A stretch of 64,000 nt of DNA from NCBI GenBank assembly GCA_963726315.1, contig CAVSBZ010000003.1, forward strand, positions 38,978 to 102,977, in the 5' to 3' direction. A program made the translations under genes and the position numbers. This DNA is from an uncultured Chloroflexia bacterium. GTDB lineage: Bacteria > Chloroflexota > Anaerolineae > Anaerolineales > UBA4823. Positions 20,183 to 29,327 of this stretch are shown piece after piece (position 1 is the stretch's first letter; every line of letters starts with the position of its first letter). Under the pieces are notes generated by a model. It was given only the letters and a program-made list of their open reading frames with translations. It made no database searches and was not told the DNA's origin.

Positions 20183-20414
20183 GGAATCCCTGCTAATATG
20201 CGACCAGCTACAGTTCCAAGGGTATGTTGCTTGAAAATTGAAACAGATAAATCGGGTGGACCCTTGTGGATAGACTCTTGTGAATTTTCTTGCATTCATA
20301 TGATATTCTTCCAAGTATAATGATTCCGTGAACCTGATTGCGGATATTGTGGTCAAGAAGATGTAAATTTAACAGCTACTAATAACCTGATGTCTCCCAT
20401 CATTATTGCTGTAA

Positions 20415-21374
20415 TTGGGCTTGCCCTTATCGCCAGTTTCATTACTGGCATCCATGATTTCGAGCAACATTGCCACGACTATCTCCTCGCGAGCATTCTC
20501 ACCCCATACTGCCTTACTCATTACAGCCATCGCAGAGTTTTTCGGTCCCATGATTTTTGGAGTGGCGGTTGCATATACAATTGGTATCGACGTGGTCTCG
20601 CCAGAGGCGATAAACATCCACGTCATCTTGGCAGCGTTACTTAGTGCCATCCTGTGGATCCTGCTTACTTGGTTTTTACGCATCCCCAGCAGCTACTCAC
20701 ATGCCCTGGTGGGAGGATTTATCGGCTCGGTTCTGGTTGAGGCGGGCTGGCAGGCTATACAGATGCACGGCTTTGTGACTATTCTGGTCGGTTTGTTTAT
20801 CTCGCCCCTGCTAGGATTCGCCTTAGGCTGGCTACTCCTCAGTCTGATCCTCATACTCAGCTGGAATGCCAGCCCACGAATCAATAATTTTTATAAACGA
20901 AGCCAGCTAGTCAGTGTGGTTGCTATGGCCATGGGTCAAGGCGCCAATGACAGCGCCAAATCGATGGGAATGATCACCCTGGCCCTCGTTATTGAAGGGT
21001 ATTTACAATCCTTTGTGGTTCCTGTATGGGTGCTAGTAATTTGCTCAGCGGCACTGGCGCTGGGAACAGGACTGGGTGGGATGCGCTTGATCCGTACGGT
21101 TGGCGGGAAGTTCTTCAAAATTCACCCAGTGGATGGATTTGCGACTCAATTTGCCTCTGCAATCGTCATCATCAGTGCCAGCTTGCTCGGAGGTCCGGTG
21201 AGCACAACCCAGGTGGTAATCTCCTCTGTTATGGGTGTAGGTGCTGGTGAGCGACTAAATAAAGTGCGCTGGAATCTCGGGCGAGACATTGCTATTTCAT
21301 GGGTGATCACCATTCCAGCGAGCGCCTTGTTATCAGCAGGCTTATATTGGTTGATCATCCGGTTCCTAGCATAA
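20415..21374 (+). CDS. PiT-family inorganic phosphate transporter; N-terminus split by an apparent +1 frameshift near 20459
   Basis: The body shows PiT features (SNIATTISSRA, GQGANDSAKSMG). The expected N-terminal TM plus GIHD motif is encoded in another frame (ORF 20390-20644: MSPIIIAVIGLALIASFITGIHD). Confidence 0.8.
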   Translation: MGLPLSPVSLLASMISSNIATTISSRAFSPHTALLITAIAEFFGPMIFGVAVAYTIGIDVVSPEAINIHVILAALLSAILWILLTWFLRIPSSYSHALVGGFIGSVLVEAGWQAIQMHGFVTILVGLFISPLLGFALGWLLLSLILILSWNASPRINNFYKRSQLVSVVAMAMGQGANDSAKSMGMITLALVIEGYLQSFVVPVWVLVICSAALALGTGLGGMRLIRTVGGKFFKIHPVDGFATQFASAIVIISASLLGGPVSTTQVVISSVMGVGAGERLNKVRWNLGRDIAISWVITIPASALLSAGLYWLIIRFLA

Positions 21375-21410
21375 TCTGATTTCCCCTTGACGTTGGACTT
21401 TTCATCTCGT

Positions 21411-21974
21411 CTAAGCGCTTGGGATCAGCAAGCGTTTTGGTTGATAAATCCTTAGAACCTGCATCATGGATGGCTTACCCAGGTACCAGAATAATAGCTG
21501 GATGAACCAGCCGCTGAAAGCTATTTCACCACGTTCGATGAACGTCTCAAGCTCTGCCAACTGGTAACTCTCTACCCGCTCCACTTCCTTGGGATCAAAA
21601 TGGACCAAGGTGGGGTTCACACTGCCTTCATAAAGTATGCATATCTCAAAATCATTGGGACCATAGACCATCCTAAATTTGACCAAAGGATTGATTCGCA
21701 TACCCTTAAGACCAAGTTCCTCTTCTAAACCACGGTGGGCTGCCTGCAGGTAATTTTCGTCGGATTTAACATGCTCCGAAACTGAACAATCAAGTGCAAG
21801 TGGGAAAGTCTCCCGTAGCTTGCCGCGTTGCTGCACAAGCAACAGTCCCTCCGATGTAACCAGGAAAACGTGAATACCTCGGTGTTGGAGGCCAAGCTGG
21901 TGGACAACAGATCTCATCTCCTGGGAGACTACCACATCATCGTCATTGACAACATCAAGCAGCTCGTCGGGCAT
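21411..21974 (-). CDS. NUDIX hydrolase
   Basis: Nudix-box-like SEHVKSDENYLQAAHRGLEEELGL. I moved the start to ATG 21974 because the ORF-track start at 22010 lies inside the upstream terminator hairpin. Confidence 0.7.
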   Translation of the reverse strand: MPDELLDVVNDDDVVVSQEMRSVVHQLGLQHRGIHVFLVTSEGLLLVQQRGKLRETFPLALDCSVSEHVKSDENYLQAAHRGLEEELGLKGMRINPLVKFRMVYGPNDFEICILYEGSVNPTLVHFDPKEVERVESYQLAELETFIERGEIAFSGWFIQLLFWYLGKPSMMQVLRIYQPKRLLIPSA

Positions 21975-21998
21975 ACGATTTATTATAGTATTGGATGT

Positions 21999-22032
21999 AA
22001 AAAGACGCAAAGATAATTCTTTGCGTCTTTTT
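21999..22032 (-). terminator. Rho-independent terminator ending the minus-strand operon (after the HAD gene)
   Basis: aaaaagacgcaaag / ctttgcgtcttttt with a 6-nt loop. A-run and T-run flank it, so it is potentially bidirectional. Confidence 0.7.
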
Positions 22033-22052
22033 GGTCTTTATAGGTAATATGA

Positions 22053-22817
22053 TTAACTCGAGAAGATATCAACCACCTGTTTAATATGCAGAACGCCGTC
22101 AAATTCCAGCTTTTTATCACCTTTGAGTAAGCGGCCTTTCTCACCGTCAGGGTCGCCCAGACAGGTGACAATGATATCTCCGCTGTTGACATCTTCATTC
22201 TCCGTATAATAATTGGTGGTCACTACCACAAACGTTCCGGCGGCTTTTCCGGCTAACACACCGTTCTTGGAATCCTCAACCACAATGACCTCTTCCGGTT
22301 TTAGTCCGGTGCGGCTAAGCGCCAAATTGTATATTTCGGGATCGGGTTTTTTCTTACTGACCACATCCCCTGCCAGCACAATGTCAAACTTGATGTCTGA
22401 TAGGATTTTTTCGGTTATGGCTTTGGCAGCCTGTTCATTGGAAGTGGTGCAAACACCGATCATTAACCCCGCATCCATGGCTTCTTTCATAAAGCGGTGG
22501 ATGCCCGGGCGTAAGGGTAACTTACCCGTCTCGATCAGATCAACAAAGATTGCAGTTTTACGTTTGTGCATATCCTTGATGAGATCATCCACCTGTTCGG
22601 GCGGTACAGGTCTGCTGAAACCCTGGGTCTGCAGGTGATGCTTCATGCGTTCTTTACCCCCAGCAATTTGAAGCAGCTCATGATAATAATCAACAGACCA
22701 TTCGTCAGTGAAACCGAACTCCTTAAAGGTTAGATTAAAGGATACACGGTGACCATCCCGCTCGGTATCGATGATCACACCGTCCTGATCGAAGAACACA
22801 GCTTTAATTTTTCCCAT
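22053..22817 (-). CDS. HAD-superfamily phosphatase (subfamily IA, CbbY-like)
   Basis: N-terminal FFDQDGVIIDTE (DxDG) motif and a later VVEDSKNG motif. 254 aa. Confidence 0.8.
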   Translation of the reverse strand: MGKIKAVFFDQDGVIIDTERDGHRVSFNLTFKEFGFTDEWSVDYYHELLQIAGGKERMKHHLQTQGFSRPVPPEQVDDLIKDMHKRKTAIFVDLIETGKLPLRPGIHRFMKEAMDAGLMIGVCTTSNEQAAKAITEKILSDIKFDIVLAGDVVSKKKPDPEIYNLALSRTGLKPEEVIVVEDSKNGVLAGKAAGTFVVVTTNYYTENEDVNSGDIIVTCLGDPDGEKGRLLKGDKKLEFDGVLHIKQVVDIFSS

Positions 22818-22871
22818 TCTAGCCTCCTCATTGGGACCCCACCGGTCGACTTGACCTAGGTGGTTAGGTTC

Positions 22872-23975
22872 TCAGCTCTTGGTTAAAAATTCGCGCACCG
22901 TATCGACGGCCATACGGTTCTCTTCCTTGGTACCGATGGTGATGCGGAACCAGCCATCGGAGCCATATTTCTCGGTCTCTGGGCGGAAAATTAAGCCTTT
23001 CGATTCAGCATAAGCTACCACGTCTTTACCCTTTTTGCCTGTTGCACCACAATCAAACAGGATGTAGTTGGCCTTTGAAAGGAATACTACCAGGTTGGGA
23101 ACCTCGCTGAGCGCTTCTGTGATGAAATCCACCTCAGCATTGTTGAACTTCACTCGATAGTTTAGGGCTTCGGTATCCTCGAGTGACGCTAATGCCGCCC
23201 ACATCGGGATGGTACCCACATTCCAGGGCAATAACGCAGCGGATATTTGACTGATCACATCTTTATCACCCATGGCGTAGCCGAAGCGTAAACCAGCCAA
23301 ACCATAAGCTTTGGAAAGCGTACGTGTGATTAGCACGTTTTTATAGGTCTTGGTCAGCTCTACTTGCGACAGCTTTAATCCAGAGTACTCTACATATGCC
23401 TCATCAATCACAAAGGGGATACCTGTCTCAGCGATACGGACGAAATCCCCTGCATCCATGAAATTACCGGTTGGGTTGTTGGGATTAGCCACTGCAATGA
23501 TCTTGGTCTTTTCGGTAATGGCATTCAAGATTCCAGTCGCGTCGTAATGGAGGTACTTATCTTTATAAATCATCGGAACAGACACCATCTTGCCACCCAG
23601 GATGGTGCCACGCAGTTTATAAATGCCGAAGCAAGGTGTGTGCTGGATGACTTCTTCCCCAGGTGCCAGGAAGCAGCGGAAGATGTTATCGAACACCTCG
23701 CTGGAGCCATTTCCGAGCATAACATTCTCAGGACCATTTAAATGATTGATCTCAGCGATCTTACTGCGCACGATCAGTCCCTGATCTGGGTAACGATTAG
23801 CCATCTTGGCATATTTGATTAGCGCTTCCAACACCTTCTCGGAAGGCGGGTTAGGGTTCTCATTAGACATCATACGGTGGAGCTCAGGTTTTCGCCAGGC
23901 TAACTCAATGTGTCCCGAGACGTACATCGGAATCCCTTTTACCCAGGGTACAAAATAATCCTCTATCTTTTTCAT
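22872..23975 (-). CDS. Class I/II PLP aminotransferase, HisC/CobD-like
   Basis: 367 aa. Contains the TLSKAYGLAGLRFGY PLP-lysine motif typical of histidinol-phosphate aminotransferase-family enzymes. Confidence 0.85.
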   Translation of the reverse strand: MKKIEDYFVPWVKGIPMYVSGHIELAWRKPELHRMMSNENPNPPSEKVLEALIKYAKMANRYPDQGLIVRSKIAEINHLNGPENVMLGNGSSEVFDNIFRCFLAPGEEVIQHTPCFGIYKLRGTILGGKMVSVPMIYKDKYLHYDATGILNAITEKTKIIAVANPNNPTGNFMDAGDFVRIAETGIPFVIDEAYVEYSGLKLSQVELTKTYKNVLITRTLSKAYGLAGLRFGYAMGDKDVISQISAALLPWNVGTIPMWAALASLEDTEALNYRVKFNNAEVDFITEALSEVPNLVVFLSKANYILFDCGATGKKGKDVVAYAESKGLIFRPETEKYGSDGWFRITIGTKEENRMAVDTVREFLTKS

Positions 23976-24017
23976 ATCAATACTTAACTCCTCTGCAGTG
24001 AATGGTTATTCAAGTTA

Positions 24018-24048
24018 AAGAGTGATGGGGTTGTTACCCATCACTCTT
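24018..24048 (-). other. Perfect 12-bp hairpin between the aldolase and aminotransferase genes
   Basis: aagagtgatggg / cccatcactctt with a 7-nt loop. The U-tract on the minus strand is poor, so it may be an intercistronic processing or stability element rather than a full terminator. Confidence 0.4.
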
Positions 24049-24064
24049 GAATTCTTTCTCAGGC

Positions 24065-24940
24065 TCACACCTTGTCAGCGCTGCCGAGCATATCGATCCA
24101 ATGTCCTACCGCCTCACGAATGGCTTTCCTCACGGCTTCGTCGACTTTTCCAGGATCATATTCTTCACGGTGGGTGTTGATATAATCGTATTGGGCGTCG
24201 ATCATGGTGCGTTTAAGCTCGGTGGAAACGTTGAATTTCGCTCCGCCCATCTCGATCAACTTCTTGATGTAATCTTCTGGCAGACCTGTGCCACCATGGA
24301 CTACCAGGGGTGTTTTAATGGTCTTGCCGTTCAGTAATTGGTTGATCTTGCCCAGTCGCTCAAAATCTACCTTTGGGTTTTTCGTTTTGTAAACCCCATG
24401 AGCAGTACCAATGGCAGGCGCAAAGATATCCAGACCGGTCCGCTCGACAAACTCAACTGCTTGAACCGGATTTGCCAGCTGAGTTTCATCCTCAGCCACT
24501 TTTATCTGATCCTCCACCCCGCTTACCGTACCCAGCTCGCCCTCTACAGAAATCTTACCGAGCTTATGACAGTAATCGACAATTTCCTTTGTTTGACGGA
24601 TATTCTCCTCATACGCTTGCTTGGAGGCGTCAACCATGATATTCGTATAGCCAGCGTCAGCACACTTCTTACAGTGTTCGATATCCGTACAATGATCCAG
24701 GTGTAAACAAATCGGGATTGGTGCTGCAGCAGCGAGGGTGCGGTAAATTGCTACCAACACGTCGACGCCTAGAAACTTGGATGGTTTCACCGAGGTCTGA
24801 ATGATTAAGGGTGATTTCTTGGCGACTGCCGCTTCGATCACACCTTCCATTTGGTTTACGTCAGTGATATTAAAAGCACCAATGGCATATTTACCCTTGG
24901 CAGCTTCCACCATGATTTCTTTTGCGTTGACAATCGACAT
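24065..24940 (-). CDS. Class II ketose-bisphosphate aldolase (fructose/tagatose-1,6-bisphosphate aldolase family)
   Basis: 291 aa with the motifs LHLDHC, EGELG and VVHGGTG. Confidence 0.85.
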   Translation of the reverse strand: MSIVNAKEIMVEAAKGKYAIGAFNITDVNQMEGVIEAAVAKKSPLIIQTSVKPSKFLGVDVLVAIYRTLAAAAPIPICLHLDHCTDIEHCKKCADAGYTNIMVDASKQAYEENIRQTKEIVDYCHKLGKISVEGELGTVSGVEDQIKVAEDETQLANPVQAVEFVERTGLDIFAPAIGTAHGVYKTKNPKVDFERLGKINQLLNGKTIKTPLVVHGGTGLPEDYIKKLIEMGGAKFNVSTELKRTMIDAQYDYINTHREEYDPGKVDEAVRKAIREAVGHWIDMLGSADKV

Positions 24941-25085
24941 ATTAGCCTCCTTAGTTGATTTAAATTGGTTTTATGAGCTAGTTGCCTCAGAATCTATGAA
25001 TGGACTACCGTCATTCTATCATGAATGAATCCCTTCCCTGGCTTCAAGCGCGTTGTAGCCTGGTGTTGAGCCCACCAGAAATTGG

Positions 25086-27521
25086 TTATGCCTTAATTCT
25101 CTCTCCTTTTGGATCCCACAACGGTGATTGAACGACCACAGCACCGACCTGTTCTCCAAAGAATTCTACCTCAAATTCTGTCCCTGCTTTAGCATATTCG
25201 ATCGGCAGGTATGCATAGATGATACTCTTTTCTACAGAGTAGCCGTACCCGCCCGCAGCAACCCAACTGATGACATTGCCTTCCTTGGTCCGTATGGGTT
25301 CCTTGCCCAATGCAATGGTTCGGTTATCGGAGAGGGTGAGGCAACATAGCTTCCGCTTCAGACCGGAGCTCTTTTGCTCCAACAAGGCTTCCTTACCGAT
25401 AAATTCGGCTTTTTCGAGCCTGACTGCAAACCCCAGACCAGCTTCGAGGGGAGAATAGTCAGGGCTGATCTCGCTGCTCCAGTAACGATAGCCTTTTTCG
25501 AGTCGCAGCGTATCGATAGCTTTATATCCAGCGGCGACCATCCCTTCAGGTTGTCCGGCTTCCCATAATGTATCCCACAAGCGCAAGCCATATTCCATTG
25601 GGCAATAAAACTCCCAGCCTAATTCACCAACATAGGTTACTCTACTGGCAATTACAGGAACATCGCCCACCATAATCCGTCGAGCTGTCATGTATGGGAA
25701 ACCCTCATTGGATACATCAGCCAGGGTAACTTTTTCCAGGATCTTGCGAGCTTTAGGTCCCCACAAACCCAGACAGGCAAATGAAGAGCTAACATCTTCA
25801 ATGGCAACTGAGCCATCTTCAGGCATGTTCAAGGAGAGCCACGATAGGTCATGCTGCCCAAAGGCAGTACCGGTAATGATGAAGAACCGGTCTTCTGCCA
25901 AACGGGTGACCGTAAAGTCGCACTCGATTCCACCGTGCTTGTTCAAGCATTGAGTGTAAATAATTGTTCCAACCGACTGATCTATATTATTGGCGCAAAC
26001 ATAGTTGAGGAAGGCCAGCGCTCCAGGGCCGCGCACTTCGAACTTATTGAAGGATGTTTCATCAAAGAGACCAGCGTTGAGGCGGGTCATTAAGTGTTCG
26101 TAGCCAATGGCGCGTGACCAGTTATGGTGTGACCATCCTTTTGGTTCATGTCCATGGCGTGCCTTCTCTTCGTAAGGTTTGAACCAGTTGGGACGCTCCC
26201 AGCCAGTCTTCTCACCAAAATAGCAGCCCAACGCCTGCAGACGGTTGTAAGTAGGGGAGAGACGTAAGCCTCGGCGGGAAAGACGTTCTTCACCAGGATA
26301 ATGGATATCGTAGTATTGAGTATAAGTTTCGATCGTTCGGGCGACTGTATAATCCTGGCTGTTGTAATTGGATCCGAACCGACGCACATCCAATCGCCAA
26401 ACATCCCATTCAGGATGCCCATCGATGATCCATTCTGCCATGGTCTTCCCAATCCCACCTGCTCCAGCCAACCCATGGGCACAGAAAGCGCAAGCTACCC
26501 AAAATCCTTTCACCGAAGTAGGTCCTAATAAAAATTCACCGTCTGGGGTAAAGCCTTCAGGTCCGTTGAGAAGTTGAATCACCTCAGCAGTTTCAACTGC
26601 AGGCACCCGTTTAATGGAATTTTCCATCAGCGGAGTGAAGCGGTCCCAATCAGGAGGCAAAAGCTTGTATTTAAAATCGCGTGGGATGCCAGTCAATCCG
26701 AATGGCAGTGGGTTGCGCTCGTAACCGCCGGTGACCAGACCCCCAACTTCCTCCCGCCAGTAAACCAGCAAGTCGGGGTCGCGCAAGGTGGGGAAATCAT
26801 GTCCAACACCCTCGATGGGTCTGGTGATAATGTAAAGATGTGCCATGGGGACAACGGGCAAGCTGAGCCCAACCATCTTACCAACCTCGTTTCCCCACTG
26901 ACCGGCAGCGTTCACCACGATTTCGGTTTCGATCGTACCCAGGTTGGTGACCACATCATGGACGCGTCCGTTCTTCAGGTTAATCTTCTCCACATTCGTG
27001 TCAACGAAAATCTGCGCCCCACGTAGTTTGGCTCCTTTCGCGAGGGCATTCGTCAGACCGGTCGGATCAATCACACCATCATTAGGGGTGTAGGCTGCCC
27101 CAACAATTCCGTCCATGTTCATGAGTGGGAAAAGGTCGAAGGCTTCCTTGGGCGATATGAGGTCCATGGGTACGCCGAAAGATTTTGCCATTCCCACCAG
27201 TCGCTTGATGTCTTCCATCCGTTCTGGAGAAGAAGCCAGACGAAGACCGCCTACCTCACGCCAACCTGGGTCTTGTTCGGTCTCTTGTTTTAGCTTACGG
27301 TAAAGGTCCGTGCTGTAATGCATCATCCGGGTGAGATTTGCATCGGAGCGCATCTGTCCTATCAGACCAGCAGAGTGCCAGGTTGAACCGCTGGTCAGCT
27401 CATGACGTTCGAGGATGATGATGTCTTTCCAACCCATGAGAGTTAAATGATAAGCAATACTACATCCACCGACGCCACCGCCAATGATGACCACCTGAGC
27501 ATGAGCAGGAAGATCAGCCAT
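25086..27521 (-). CDS. FAD-dependent oxidoreductase fused to a GcvT/aminomethyltransferase folate-binding domain (dimethylglycine/sarcosine dehydrogenase-like), copy A
   Basis: 811 aa. Has the VVIIGGGVGGCS dinucleotide fold and STWHSAGL, which matches the covalent-FAD histidine motif of DMGDH/SARDH. The C-terminal half is GcvT-like (RLEKGYRYW). Confidence 0.85.
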   Translation of the reverse strand: MADLPAHAQVVIIGGGVGGCSIAYHLTLMGWKDIIILERHELTSGSTWHSAGLIGQMRSDANLTRMMHYSTDLYRKLKQETEQDPGWREVGGLRLASSPERMEDIKRLVGMAKSFGVPMDLISPKEAFDLFPLMNMDGIVGAAYTPNDGVIDPTGLTNALAKGAKLRGAQIFVDTNVEKINLKNGRVHDVVTNLGTIETEIVVNAAGQWGNEVGKMVGLSLPVVPMAHLYIITRPIEGVGHDFPTLRDPDLLVYWREEVGGLVTGGYERNPLPFGLTGIPRDFKYKLLPPDWDRFTPLMENSIKRVPAVETAEVIQLLNGPEGFTPDGEFLLGPTSVKGFWVACAFCAHGLAGAGGIGKTMAEWIIDGHPEWDVWRLDVRRFGSNYNSQDYTVARTIETYTQYYDIHYPGEERLSRRGLRLSPTYNRLQALGCYFGEKTGWERPNWFKPYEEKARHGHEPKGWSHHNWSRAIGYEHLMTRLNAGLFDETSFNKFEVRGPGALAFLNYVCANNIDQSVGTIIYTQCLNKHGGIECDFTVTRLAEDRFFIITGTAFGQHDLSWLSLNMPEDGSVAIEDVSSSFACLGLWGPKARKILEKVTLADVSNEGFPYMTARRIMVGDVPVIASRVTYVGELGWEFYCPMEYGLRLWDTLWEAGQPEGMVAAGYKAIDTLRLEKGYRYWSSEISPDYSPLEAGLGFAVRLEKAEFIGKEALLEQKSSGLKRKLCCLTLSDNRTIALGKEPIRTKEGNVISWVAAGGYGYSVEKSIIYAYLPIEYAKAGTEFEVEFFGEQVGAVVVQSPLWDPKGERIKA

Positions 27522-28431
27522 TTTTACTTACCTCCTTAAGATATTCATTCCAATATGGGTTATAGATATTATCCATGGCACGACCGAAGAACTTTTCGGA
27601 ATATTCATGGAAGTCGAAATCGAGCTTCGAAATCCCAATTTGTACAAGCCCCCAGGTGGCTTCACGCAGATCGGAGATGACTTTCATGATTTTTAGATGA
27701 GCCCAGTGTAAAGGGTTTATCTGTCCATCAAAATAGCAAATCAGCATCCAGCGATCTTGTTCGTCTGAGAAATTATGGTGGTCGGAGAAATTTGCCAGAT
27801 CGAAAAAAGCATCACCCATGCCAGCATATTCCCAATCGAGAATGTAGAGTTGACCATTGGTGAGGAAATTTGCATTGAGAAGATCATTGTGGCATGCACA
27901 AGGCTGATATGGATGAACAGATAGCGCTTTCTCGGCTCCTTGCAGGCGCTCGTTCAGCCAATCAAAGTCTTTTGGGAAGCCAACATTATTACGCTGGGCA
28001 ATTTCGGTATAATCCCGGACAACGTGAAAGGGGTCGAATATTCCAGGAATCGTTGGCATGGCGTGGATTTGATGGACTTTGTCCATTACCCGACGAATGT
28101 TCTCCGGTTCTGAAATCTCATCAGGAGAGATGGGTCGTCCATCAATAAAGCGTGTCACCAGGTAACCTTCAGGTCGGATGAAGTAATACACTTCGGGGGC
28201 GATACCTAGCTTTCCCGCGGCCAGATTTGCCGCATACTCATGCTCGCGGTTGATTCCCAAGAGCTCGGTATTCGCGCCAACGATCCGAAGGACATAAGAC
28301 TGTCCGCCTGTATCGATGCGGAAATTGTTGTTGGTAATTCCTCCGCCCAGAGGCGTAGCTTTCAAGTCACTGGCACCTACCCATTGAGGCACGCGGGCTA
28401 TCGCCTCCTCCAGAGTTAATTCCATATACAA
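27514..28431 (-). CDS. Choline/ethanolamine-kinase-like phosphotransferase (APH fold), copy A
   Basis: Contains GGITNNNF, CHNDLLNANFL (Brenner motif) and ILDWEYAGMGD. Its stop overlaps the downstream FAD enzyme start by 8 nt. Confidence 0.8.
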   Translation of the reverse strand: MYMELTLEEAIARVPQWVGASDLKATPLGGGITNNNFRIDTGGQSYVLRIVGANTELLGINREHEYAANLAAGKLGIAPEVYYFIRPEGYLVTRFIDGRPISPDEISEPENIRRVMDKVHQIHAMPTIPGIFDPFHVVRDYTEIAQRNNVGFPKDFDWLNERLQGAEKALSVHPYQPCACHNDLLNANFLTNGQLYILDWEYAGMGDAFFDLANFSDHHNFSDEQDRWMLICYFDGQINPLHWAHLKIMKVISDLREATWGLVQIGISKLDFDFHEYSEKFFGRAMDNIYNPYWNEYLKEVSKNG

Positions 28432-28505
28432 AAATCCCCAGCCAATAATAAATAAGTATCACAAGTGCGAGGTTGTGATAGTTTATTGATCAACTCGGAA
28501 GGTTC

Positions 28506-29315
28506 CTATTTCTGCCAGATTGAATCAGGTTTGGCCATCTCTGCCACGATATCATTCGAAGAGATAATACCCAGCGGAAAAGCTTGCGGGTGTTCATGGT
28601 CGATTACCACCAGGCGGTGATGGTGTTTTTGGATCATCAAGTCAGCGGCTTCACGCAGATGGACGTGAATGTCAATGGTCAGTGCAGGATGCATAATATC
28701 GCTGACAGTCAGATTTTCATCCACTCCATTAGTCACATAGGGTAGAAAATCCTTACCGCTAACCACACCTACAGGCGTGCCGTTCGCATTGACCACCAGC
28801 ACTGACCGCCATCCTGCCTGGGTCATGGTGCGGGCAGCGGAGGTGAGCGGGGTTTTATCTCTGCAAACCAGGATGGAATCTGACATCACATCTGCAACTG
28901 TCTCACGTAGGGGTTTTTCTTCGCGAGCCAGGCTGGCAACAAAATCAGAAATCGAAATAATACCCGCTGGTACGGAATTTTCGGTAACCAACAGGCGTTG
29001 GATGTCCTTTTCGATCAGCACGTGGGCAGCAATTTTGAGGGAGACTTCAGCTTCAACCGATTCGATCGGAGTGGACATAAGTTCACCAGCCGTCAGCTTG
29101 CGCATCGTCTTAAGGTCATGCGTATCAGCTGCCAGCCATTCGCCCGCCAGTAGATCATAATCGGAGATGATCCCCTGGGGATGACCTTGCTGGTCGACCA
29201 CCACCAATGCATGGATGTGGTTTTGGGTGAGTAAAACAGCCACCTGGCCTAAAGTAGCATGTAAATCACAGGTGTGGATCCCTGTATGCATCAAATCGCG
29301 GACAATATTTTTCAT
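28506..29315 (-). CDS. CBS-domain protein (four CBS repeats)
   Basis: 269 aa built from repeated CBS-type segments (e.g. HALVVVDQQGHPQGIISDYDL, RLLVTENSVPAGIISISDF). Confidence 0.8.
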   Translation of the reverse strand: MKNIVRDLMHTGIHTCDLHATLGQVAVLLTQNHIHALVVVDQQGHPQGIISDYDLLAGEWLAADTHDLKTMRKLTAGELMSTPIESVEAEVSLKIAAHVLIEKDIQRLLVTENSVPAGIISISDFVASLAREEKPLRETVADVMSDSILVCRDKTPLTSAARTMTQAGWRSVLVVNANGTPVGVVSGKDFLPYVTNGVDENLTVSDIMHPALTIDIHVHLREAADLMIQKHHHRLVVIDHEHPQAFPLGIISSNDIVAEMAKPDSIWQK

Positions 29316-29327
29316 CTCAGCCTCCTG

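Noticed and set aside
20093-20356. 87-aa minus-strand ORF
   Set aside because: It reads through a strong intrinsic terminator hairpin and U-tract and has no RBS. The region is discussed instead as a possible sRNA.
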